Shown: piece after piece, positions 10,397 through 20,551 of the stretch | Numbering within the stretch: position 1 is the stretch's first letter | Layout of the letters: each line of letters opens with the position of its first letter | DNA from: Dicyema japonicum | Lineage: Eukaryota > Animalia > Dicyemida | Reading direction: 5' to 3' | DNA: 33,000 bases | Assembly (NCBI GenBank): GCA_011109175.1 | Contig: RDEW01000004.1 | Coordinates: forward strand, 2,098,444 to 2,131,443 | Program-made: the position numbers and the translations under genes | Notes under the pieces: generated by a model | Seen by the model: only the letters and a program-made list of their open reading frames with translations | Database searches by the model: none | Told to the model about the DNA's origin: nothing

Positions 10397-11808
10397 CAGT
10401 ATGACCTCTATTTGGGGCACCTATTTAAAAAAAATGCCCCAAAAACAGAGGTTTCCCCGAAAATGGAGGTTCGGCATTTTCTTTAAATTTATCCACAGTT
10501 TAACAATTTAAATTTGCTTTTTATTAAATTTATAGATAAATAATGTTTTTTTTTTTTATAGATTTTTCAGAATATATTAAAAACAAATTTATTTAACGAT
10601 AGGAAAATAGTCTGTTAATTTCCCTCCGGTTGCGGATTTTTTCATTTGCATTCCTAATATTTTTCTGAAATTATAATAATCTTTCAAAGCTTCAGGAAAC
10701 AAATTGAAAATGTTCTCTTCAAGTGTATTCATCGCTGTTATTGTTTCCAAATGAGAATAGGTACATTTTACTCCGTCGTATATATTCTCGTCATCATTTT
10801 CTACTTCATTTTCAGTAATTATATCTTTAATTATGTTATCTAAACTCTCCAATTCATTATTCACCAATGAGAGAGTTTGAAAACGACATTCATCAATTTT
10901 CTTCCAACAATTAGTAATTGATTCAGAGTGTATTTGTTGCCATGTCTTCCCAACAATAATGATTATTTGTCTGAGATTTACTTGCTTTAAATTCAACATT
11001 GTAAACTTATCATCCTCAAAAGATAGGGTAAAATCCATCAAATTATTTAAATAATTGGATTTGAACGATTTAATAACTCCCATATCTAAGGGTTGAATTA
11101 ATGATGTTGCATTTTTTGGCAGAAAAAAATAGCTCAATGTTAGAAAAATGATTATTCTTGTGACAACTTGAATGTCAAGCAAAAGGACAATTTTTGGGTT
11201 GTGTTGAATTATTTCTTCGTTGACAAGACAATTTGATTGTACGGACCCATTATTTATAAAGTTCATATAATTTTGTTTAATTCTAGATACTGCTCCTAAA
11301 CAATAGAATTATCAGATAACCTTTACTAATTTTATACTTTTTAACATTATCTCGTTCGCTCATGAAACAATTTTCGTTGATTTCTTGGACAATTTTAAGC
11401 TTTAAATCCAGAGTAAGCTTCCTCCCCATTATTATTATTACCTCCAGGATCACTGGGTCAAAAAGAAAGAAAAGTTCTCATCTAACTAAGTGATCCCAGA
11501 CCGACAAAGGTAAGGACGAGTCCGGCGAGGTCGAGAATCCTGAATAGCTCTTCTCATTTGAACAGCTCTTCCTCCCCATGACAACAAAAACGCTAATCTA
11601 GCACGCGAAGTTTAAAAAAATTTTATATAATTAAATTTAATATTAATTGTAAGACTTTATATAAATTAAAAAAAATTAAGTGCCCCACTAAGAGGTTCAG
11701 GTAATTTCCAAATTAGTAAATTATTGTATAAAAATGATCTAATTTTCAAACTGCCCCAAAAATAGATGTGCCCCAATGAGGAGGTCGCCCCAAATGGAGG
11801 TTGCACTG
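10397..11808 (-). mobile_element. pogo/Tigger DNA transposon, internally deleted, with both TIRs and TA target duplication
   Basis: TIRs cagtatgacctctatttggggc (from 10397) and reverse complement cagtgcaacctccatttggggc (ending 11808), 18/22 identical. TA at 10395-96 and 11809-10. DDE_1 motifs IVLLLD and FLPKNATSLIQPLDMGVIKSFK; N-terminal HTH MGRKLTLDLKLKIV. Confidence 0.92.
11430..11567 (-). mobile_element. 138-bp 5'-truncated retroposon inserted in the pogo element
   Basis: 12-bp TSD cttcctccccat at 11418-11429 and 11568-11579; (TAA)n tail on the minus strand; ggatcact/agtgatcc stem near the 3' end. Confidence 0.85.
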
Positions 11809-11884
11809 TACTAGGATTTAGACTGCATTTGACTGCAAGAAAGTAAAAAACATAAATCAAAACTAAACCCAAACTAAGCCAAAT

Positions 11885-12964
11885 TTAGTTAGTTTTTGCT
11901 GCCTTCCTGTCGACTTTCTTCATGATGTTTTTCTTCATAATTTTCCACCCAACAATGGGGACCCAATATTTAAGGAAATCGGGGACAAACAACGCCTAGT
12001 CGGTAAACCTCAGCATTTACATAAAGGGCATGTGCCCAATACCCATCCACATTGTTGGCCTTCCCGATAGTCCTCACATGACTTTCAACGAATCCGTCGA
12101 CTGATGGAATGTAGAAAGACGTCTTCATTCTGGTCATAGAGGTCGAGACGAATGAGGGACACACGTTCTTACGTTACCAAGGACCATCTACCTGTATTAT
12201 AAGTCCACTCGAGGCATATTCTGCTGACAGAGCCTCACTTAGAAAGGAAACGAACGCCTTTGTAGCTGAATATAGGGCCAGAAAGGGGGAGGGAGGTCGA
12301 GTCCCTGCCTGTGAGCTGATATTTATCATAACTCCCCGGTTTTTTTCGACCATTCTTGGAAGAACAATTTCAGTGAGCTAAATGACCCAACAAACAACCA
12401 TAATCATCGAAACATTGTTGACTCCAATCATATTCCTGGAAAGTATGGTCTCGTGGCGAATTAGTTTGTCGTATGGTAGAAAATACGGGTAGGAGACACC
12501 GACGTTGTTCACTGGGGTCAATAAATCAACTACCGAGAACTCCAATGTCCAAATTTGCTAGAGATTCAGTCAGATTCGGCAAAAGTTTGAAGCCGTAAGT
12601 AAAGTCGGCACATATCTTGAGTGTTTCCACATTATAGTTTGTTTCTTTGATATAAAAATGAGGTCAACCAAGCATCTTAACCACGTTGTCCAACTTTTCG
12701 GGATTTCTGCCCACAACAACTATTTTCATCCCCAATTTGGCAAAATATTTGGCATAGCCGAGTCCCAGTCCGTCAGTAGAGCCAGTGATTACTGTATATA
12801 ATACAACTAAAAGAACCAGCCCATTGTCCGTGTTTTTTAAAGTCCACGGTTTTTAGGTAGGGGGATATCAAGTAAAGGTAAACAAAGTGATAAACACGCC
12901 AGAAGAGACTGAGGAGGCCATAAATTGTGCATGGATATGTTATGGCATTATATAAACTGAACAT
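11885..12964 (-). CDS. HSD17B12: Very-long-chain 3-oxoacyl-CoA reductase / 17-beta-HSD12-like SDR, 312 aa, 7 exons
   Basis: N-terminal TM segment, GQWAVITGSTDGLG (TGxxxGxG), DIGVLVNNVGVSY, catalytic YSATK, VCPSFVST and GYWAHAL. Introns 12792-12816, 12645-12668, 12512-12533, 12378-12398, 12168-12191 and 11996-12020 (21-25 nt). Spliced length 939 nt. Confidence 0.92.
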
Positions 12965-13087
12965 CCAAAGTGATTAAGTCGTGTTTTATTTTAATTTAAT
13001 ATTTTCATTAATTATTCTTTTATATTTTTTATTATTTAATTTCTGCTTATTAAAACTTAAAGTTATAATCTCTTGACAAATTCTATG

Positions 13088-13428
13088 GGCCGGGTGGCTT
13101 AGTGGTTAGGTGTCAGGCTTAAGTGGCTTAGGCTACGGGTTCGAATCTCGCTGCTGTTCACCTGGTGGAAGGTTCCACGCATCTACGATGCAGAAATGGT
13201 TTGACGAGTGACGCCGTCATCAGTGAATACTCACTGCGGAACTGGATTGTCTAGAAAGGACACTCACACAAGAAAAAGAAAAAAAGAAGTGAAGATCATT
13301 CCTTGGTTCTACGATTAGTTAAAATTAACTGTTCTTTACTTAAATAAAGTGTGTGTCCTGCCTATGCGGAGCTATAAAATACTATGGCTCTCGTGAAAAG
13401 GCTTTATTATTATTATATTATTATTATT
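13088..13428 (+). mobile_element. Full-length tRNA-derived SINE (family A)
   Basis: Pol III A box TGGCTTAGTGG at 13095-13105 and B box GGTTCGAATC at 13138-13147; (TTA)n tail; 10-bp TSD aaattctatg at 13078-13087 and 13429-13438; second copy at 22535-22758. Confidence 0.88.
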
Positions 13429-13859
13429 AAATTCTATGAAAATCTAAGCTAGCCAAAAAAGGGTTTCCAAAATTACGCAAAAATGGACTTTTGGAAAGTC
13501 TTCAATTCCTCTGGAATCCTTAATACATAGAACCGAGGAACGTGCCGTTGCGACTACGAGGAACCAGTTAAACGATCGATGCGTACTTGCGTAAGATAGA
13601 GAAAAAATCATCGTGTTTAGCTGAAGTCTTAAACTTGCCGGGGTCACGTGATTAGTTAGTTTGGTGTCACCATTGTCTTTGTAGTTTTTTTCATTTTTTC
13701 ATAATAATCCTCGGTGCAACACCTATAATCCCTAACAACCCTGTCACTCTCTTTGAAAATTCCTAATCAAAAGGAAAGTCATTTTGACAACCTGTCTCGA
13801 ATGCTATCCTCCATCCTGTCTCCAAAGCTGATGTAGTTTAAAACGGATAAACGATTTTT

Positions 13860-14500
13860 TTCCACAAAGGCCTTCCTCAAACTTGATTATGACGAAATAT
13901 TACGCCTATCTCCTCCTCCAATCAGAATGCCCTCTACCAACGGATATCCTAGTAAATTGGGTTGCTTACGCTGTGGACATCACTTTTCTCTACCAACATA
14001 CGGATATAAGCTGAATTATGCCAAAGAGGTCCTCTGTCCTTTTGAACTTCTGCGAGTCGTCAGCAAATCACCTTTTGTCCAGAACTTATATCCATCTACC
14101 ACAAAGAAATTGACCGATCTATGGAGCACCGGAATTTGCTACGTCCTACTTAATAGCGTCTGGTCTCTTCAAGTTAGTAACGTTGAGCTAACTTAACTCA
14201 GTGGTCTGGTTTGTCGGGATTTTGCATCGACGAACGAGAGTGGAGCCTGGATCAGAGCTTTACCATGTATCTCACTTGGAACACTATTGGATGAAGACGC
14301 GACGAGGATTGGGGTTTCAGTTCACCTTGGAATAGATGTTTGCACGACCCATCGGTGTAGATGCGGAGGAATGGTTGACGCGAAAGGTCTTCTCGCTCTC
14401 TCCTGCCGGAGGAGTGCTAGAAGGAGTCCTATACACGCCGCAATCAATGGAGTTATTGCTTGGGGACTTGAGACTGCCGGATAGCATGTCCAATTTGAGC
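13860..14500 (+). mobile_element. CRE-like RLE retrotransposon remnant (collapsed RT plus Cys/His-rich region)
   Basis: KAFLKLDY and GYKLNYAK remnants, then ESGAWIRALPCISLGTLLDEDATRIGVSVHLG..VCTTHRCRCG...LSCRRSA...HAAING. Confidence 0.8.
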
Positions 14501-14859
14501 CGCTTGGACTTGCTCAAGCCAACCGCGTTTTCAATTATGAGAGCAGTCAGCAGTTGCTAACTGTTAGTTTTTGTGTCATAGTAAATTGTTTTTTTTAATA
14601 TCTCACATAATTATTATTTTTAGGAACATAAATAGAATCCCATTGACTGTAGCTTCAAACATGCGATCTTTTAAATGTGGGGCTTTGACGCTGTTTTCCA
14701 AAACTAGGTTATGCCAGATCATTAAACTTAGATTATAAAAAGATATTTTTGTTTGATTTGACTCGCATAATAAAAAAACCAAATTATCAATTCATTTACA
14801 GTGTTAGCGGATTATAATTATTAATAGCAATGTCCGCAGAACCAGAAAAGTTAACTAAT

Positions 14860-16720
14860 TTAAGATTCAACTTTTGCCATGCATCTCTGGACACCCGCTT
14901 TGAGTTGTTTCCATCCTCCCTTGTTTCTCGCATCCGTCCTCAGATCATCCAGATCCTCTGCTGTTTTCAGTTTTCTTCATATCAAAGTGAGTTCTTTGCC
15001 GAGCGTCAACGGCAACGTTGTTCTTTGTCGACCTCGATACGTTGTTTTGTTTAATACAGAAAAGTATGATTCCATGGCCTGCTTGGCCGGTGTCATTTTC
15101 GTAGCTCTTAGGATATGTCCAAAGAGCGGTTAGGTTCCAGGTCCCCGCGTTATAAAGTAGAATTGGTTCGATAAATGAGTTGTACAACCGAATTTGAAGG
15201 CGAGTGCCTATGTAGTTTTGTCACATCCAGATCGCCCAAATTTTTTGAAAGAAGCAACGCCAGAACTTTCATGTGAATAACGTCCTCCAAGACCCCGAGG
15301 AGTGATCCAACTTTCTTGCATGTTCTCCACTTTTTTTTCGTTTCTCGTTGTGCAACGAGATATGCGAGCTCTTTCCGTTTTGTCTGGGTTTACTACCAGG
15401 GACCAGTCCTCCAAGCCTTGAGTGATCACTTTTAGTATAGTTTCCAGCGTATCCCTATCCCGGCAGACGAAATCAATATCACCGACTTAGATTACTTCCA
15501 TCATGTTAGAGAAACAATTCTTTTTCCAGAGAGATCTTAGAGCTGCCTCCAGGTATGACATTTGAACGTCCTGTTCAGGACTGTGGAGATCAACTCAGCC
15601 GCATGTTTCAATAATTCTGCATTCACGTTGTCCGGTTCAGGGGCTCTGCCATTCTTGAGCTTACCCAAGGCTAAAACGACTTCGTAATGCGTGATGCTTT
15701 GATTCAAGTCTCTGGGAATTCCTTCGAATGGTTCCAAGTGTTCATTGAGATTTAGTTGTTTTTTGTAGAAAGCGGCAATTTTGTTTGCTGATTTGATTAT
15801 TACTTTTCCTGTATCATCAAGAACTGTGATTCTTTCCGGTCTGGTGTTGCGGGAAAATTGTTTAACCGCATCAAACATTATTGCACCATGTTTATACCGT
15901 TCGGCGTCCTCTGCCAAGTTATCAAGTGTATGCCGGGCTAGTTCCCTATCTCTTCTCTCTATTTTGTATTTGAATCTGTTGCGTTCTCTTTTAAGAGTCA
16001 GTTTGGCTTGTCGAGCATGTAGGAGCTTGACAGGGAGGAGTAAGCCGATGATATGGACAAGTGGAAACTGTCAAGTTCCTCTGCGTTGATGGATACGCTC
16101 ACTGTGGTCGGTGCATATACATTGATAATCGATAGAGTAGTATTACGGTTGTTTCCGAGGCGTAGTTGGAGGATGGCAATCCTGTCGTTTATACTCCATG
16201 CTCTATGAGTCACCACAGCTGCTATAGCGAACCCCATCCCATAATGTCGGCAGTCTGACGGTAACAGGAGCAGTTGATATCCGTTCATTATTTCATCCAG
16301 GCCATTGGGGACTTTAGTTTTCTGGAGACAGCATACAGATACTTCATATCGTTGGAGGATCCGCACATAAGTGTTGTTTTTTTACGTATGATGTTAGTCC
16401 TCTCACATTGAATGATCCAATAGTGAACAGGAAAGATTGAATGCATGAAGAAGACATCTTGTGCAAGAGAGGCACGTCACCACCTCAACCATAAAAGTGG
16501 CATAGTGAATATTACCTCCTATAAGAAGTCCAAATGTGAGACCGACACGTACATTGGGGACAACCCTATTCAGATATCCAGTTAACGGAGGATTCTTGGA
16601 GTCGCATGTGACACATAATTACTTTATCTTACCACAGCGGAAAAGTCTTGACCAAAGGATTCCAGAAGTGAAGTATGCTGAAGGCAATTGTAAAGAAGAG
16701 GCCTTTTCCTCCTGCTGACT
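14860..16720 (-). mobile_element. RTE-clade LINE, decayed, with an internal RT deletion
   Basis: APE N-terminus IGSFNVRG...VCCLQKTK...INVYAPT; pre-RT LKNGRAPEPD; degraded YADD (I*VGDIDF); VVNPDKTE; YNSFIEPILLYNAGTW; C-terminus DLDDLRTDARNKGGW. 5' boundary is approximate. Confidence 0.85.
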
Positions 16721-17174
16721 GCATCTACAAATTGTGCAATAAGGTCATTCCCCAACTATTGAATACACCCGCCACGCATGGAAGTTTGTGGTATCTTCCA
16801 ATATTAATGAACTAAACACAATCAGAAAAAACTTTATGTTTCACACTGATTCACTTTTCCCTGACCACTCTCGTCGCGGAGGTATCCACAAGATACCATA
16901 CCAGCAATTTCTGCAAAGAACTTAATCCATTGGGCAATTCTACTGCTCAAGCGAAGGAGTTGGGGTTTTCTAATGATAAATACATTATCTGAATTGGTGA
17001 GTTCGGAGAGATCAAAGAAAAGTGAATAAATTATATTTAAGTAACAATCACTACTACAAGATAAATGCCCCAAAAGATAAGAGTAGATAAATAATCCACA
17101 AACGAAAGAAAAATAAAAACATATTTTCAAGCAACAAAAGTCATAACCACCGCCAAATAGATGCCACGTGACTC

Positions 17175-17516
17175 ATCTGTTGACAACATTAATATAACAA
17201 CCCTGGATAAACCGGAAAAAGGTTGAGTTGTGATTAACGTACATTTGAGGTATATCCAGTTCCCAAGGTCGGAGTGAGACGTATCTTTTCAAACATCACG
17301 TCCACCCATATCCATCACGTAGGAACCCCTCACTGTAGTATGGGAGTGAAGGAATTTTGATGCCAGCCAAGCATTGGGCTTCTGAGTTAGATGGACCCCA
17401 TGACAATTCTTAAGAACATAAGAAGGCCAATGACAGAAATGAATCCTTCTACCAGGTATGTAGTACTGAGTCGAACCCACAGCCAATCACGACACACTAA
17501 CCTCGTACTACCTGGT
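17175..17516 (-). mobile_element. tRNA-headed SINE (family B) with a LINE-derived 3' tail
   Basis: B box GGTTCGACTC (reverse complement of 17468-17477). The head resembles SINE A (ggtta.gtgtc...ggct..gggttcga.tc...acctggt.gaagg). The last ~160 nt align with LINE tail 10140-10295. Confidence 0.7.
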
Positions 17517-17596
17517 AAAAAATTGACTAAAATAACATAAAATAATAATCTAAAATGAAGGTTTAAATAAATAATGCACATAAAGGTTAAAAGTAA

Positions 17597-18563
17597 TTAA
17601 TAAGGGACAAATCGACTTCTTTTGGGAGTAATGGGAAACCGAGACGTACCATATCTACGATTATCAGCCAGTCACTCACGTCTTCTGAATCAACTCGATT
17701 GCCTTCAATACACAGTTCAGTTGTCCAGTTATCACAATCCTACGGTTCTCACTGTTTTTGTCGTCAGATATTTTTATCTCAGCATTCGACCGTTGTCTGA
17801 AAGTCACACAAGTACCCACCTAATACTGTCAATCATCGTCCCCTTCCGTCCAATCACACATCCAATATTAGAATTTGGCATTATTATGACCTGTTTGTAC
17901 TGATTACCACCCTCTGAAGTCAAAAGAGAGTATCCCTCGTTCGGGGATTCACCAGGGACATCTGACAAGGAATTCTAAAATGGTAATCATGGACAACGCA
18001 TTTGTTGAATATTTCCTCATAGCAGATCACAATATTCTCAGTCTCCCCAGTTATCATTAGCATAACCTCCGCTCCTAAATGATGGGAGATCTCCACAACA
18101 GTACCAGTTTTCTCATAAACAAATACACAAACCATTTCTATCTGCTTTAATTCTGTCACCGTAGCAGTCCTCGACCACGTTGATGGGACGAGAAAGTTTA
18201 TTTTGATGAGAGGATTTCCTCGTTCGACCTGTATTTGGTAGATGAATTTCTAAGATGATCTTAGACACGTGACATTAGCATCCTGCACTCTAATGAGAGT
18301 TGTTTTGAGAGCTTTGAACAACTCATCCTTCTGTTTGTTGGTCAAAGTCACAATTCTCTCTGCACTGGAACCGTCAGAGACGAAAATGCGGCCATCCGCC
18401 ATTGACTTTCTTAATTCCTGAATATTGCAGCCATTCTGGACTTAAATAAGCAACTACTTTCCCTATGAAGAACCCGGCAATCTATTTGCTAAACATTCAG
18501 TACAACCTCGTTTTGAATAATGAATCTCACTGTAAATACGGATTTGTCAGGGGATCGGAGCAT
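17597..18563 (-). CDS. PCBP: Poly(rC)-binding protein-like triple-KH RNA-binding protein, ~267 aa, 8 exons
   Basis: KH1 FTVRFIIQNEIAGFFIGKNGCNIQELRK...SAERIVTLT; KH3 MPNSNIGCVIGRKGTMIDSIRQRSNAEIKIS...NRRIVITG. Introns 18482-18506, 18436-18457, 18250-18273, 18112-18132 (candidate), 17975-17997, 17797-17819 and 17655-17679. Spliced length 804 nt. Family call only; paralogue not assignable. Confidence 0.87.
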
Positions 18564-18649
18564 AACACAGTAAAAAAATAAAATAATAATAATATTTAAA
18601 TATTTGTGACGGAAAATTATTAATTAAAGCAATATTACTTTTATGAAAT

Positions 18650-19060
18650 TTAATGGCACAGTCTGAATTCATATTCAAAAGTGATTTGAATTTCTGTCTG
18701 GAGATTCTTCCTTTCCTCTTCGATAATTGAACAAATCAACTCACTCTGCAAGAATACCCTCTGTCTTTTTCCCTTGCTTGAAAGAAAATCAATGGATACT
18801 CTGACTTCATAGGAGTCGACAAAAATAATTCCAGGTGTTTTCTGCGTTTCTAGCAAAAACCAAAAACAAATTTAGGGACAGGGTAGCATATGCGGAGTAA
18901 TCCTGATCAGTCCTGAAAAAGGACACCAATTCTGCAGAAATTAGAGGAGATATTTCTGAAAGATGGTAGGATCATTGGCACACTAATTGAGAAGAATCCA
19001 GTAGTTATAGTAGCTGAGATAACTCAAATAGCCTTCTTTTACCTCTTCTTTCTGGGATTC
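18650..19060 (-). CDS. Possible micro-intron gene, unidentified
   Basis: GC-richer island containing ORF 18650-18856. One splice path using 20/24/30/23-nt GT-AG introns gives a continuous frame, but alternatives exist and no start codon was found. Confidence 0.3.
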
Positions 19061-19169
19061 TTGAGATTTTTAAAAAATAAAAGTTGATTTGGAATTAAAT
19101 TTTTGATCAAATTAATTTTAATTGTTCAATACAAAAAAATAGTTAAATTTAATTTGGGATTAAATAAGA

Positions 19170-19790
19170 AGCGCGCCACCAGGTCTGGTCGTTGTGGGGA
19201 GATCCTTTGATTGGGATTTTAATGGCATTATTGGTTATTCGCTCAAATTGGTTTGTTATTGTGCCCTCAACTGATTACATCGAACAGATCTTAAAAGTTG
19301 CGGTTATTAATTAATGCAGAAACCGCATCAAACCCTTCTCGAATGAGGTTTGTGAATACTTTAAACAAATGGTTTTTTAGGTTTAATTTTCATCATAATC
19401 CCAATCAAGTCCTCAAAATATGAGGATTTATACTTCAACGTTTGGAATTTGACAATTTAGACACCAATGTACATCAACCGATTAAAAGATCTACAGTTTT
19501 TCACAACAAAGTAACTCCTCGACTATTTAAGTTATTTAGAAATGACATTATATACACTTTATGCCCTCACCTCCTTAAGAGGTATAACTTGAACTTGGGA
19601 GACATAGTGAACTCTGTTTTGAAGTAAGAAGACATATACCAATGTCGGGATTGAACACCATCTCAACCACTTTAGATGATCTTGGACATGTCTCTCAGTG
19701 GAATGGAGGAGAACAAATGATCATGTGTTTAAGTAAGGTCATAAGGCATACTCACTTGTAGCTTTCCATTATGTCGAGACTTATTCCAAA
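19170..19790 (+). CDS. Possible micro-intron gene, unidentified
   Basis: Two successive 21-nt GT-AG segments (gtttggaatttgacaatttag, gtaactcctcgactatttaag) each remove an in-frame stop, giving ...EDLYFN-TPMYINRLKDLQFFTT-NYLEMTLYTLYALTSLR. Gene ends are unresolved. Confidence 0.35.
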
Positions 19791-20551
19791 ATTCAAAAAT
19801 AATTAATTTTCTAGGAGTTTATCATTAATCATGTCAACTTTGAATTTATTTTATTGAAATAACAATAAATTACTTAGAAAATGTCAAATAATGTGTATTG
19901 ATGAAAAATAATTGTTTTAGGAAATAAATGAGGAAGGTAAAGGGTGTTATTAGGAAAGCCGAGTCTCCCCCAACTCATGGAATATTATTATCGAGTCGTT
20001 TAATCTTCTAAATCCAATATAAATTACTAATAGCTTTTGCAATAAATCTTCATGAAATCCATATTATTGATTTCAAGCAAGAATAGTGTTCCTCATACTT
20101 TACCATGTATGTTGCAAGAATAAAGTTGCACGTGGGACTTGATGCTCGGACATGAAATTGAATTTTCAGTTAATTTGTCAATTACTCAGTTGAGTAGATT
20201 TTGATTATTTTTTTAGAAAATGTCTAATAATTTACACAATTGGTTGAGGACTTTAATTTCCGAGAAACTAGCTGTGATTTCTGTCACTCAAGTTGACGTG
20301 CTGTCGGAGACTCAATTATATATATCAATCAGACACGCATTTATAATGTGTGGTTACCTTGTGGGCTGTTCACTATAAAATCCGAAGGTATAATAAAAGT
20401 GCCTTGTCCGAATGTTCATACTTTAAGCAGTTAATTGATATCCTATACTTTGTTTATAATATCTATTATATCCGCATATAATGGCTTATTTTGTTCTTTT
20501 ATAATGTGCTATAGCGTATAATAACACTTTTCTTAAATTGTAGAAATTTAT

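Noticed and set aside
16430-16720. Possible HDV-like ribozyme in the RTE 5' UTR
   Set aside because: Such ribozymes are known in RTE elements, but I could not build the nested double pseudoknot by eye.
16834-17130. ORF segment RIAQWIKFFAEIAGM resembling a tyrosine recombinase
   Set aside because: The HxxR catalytic motif and the catalytic Tyr context are missing.
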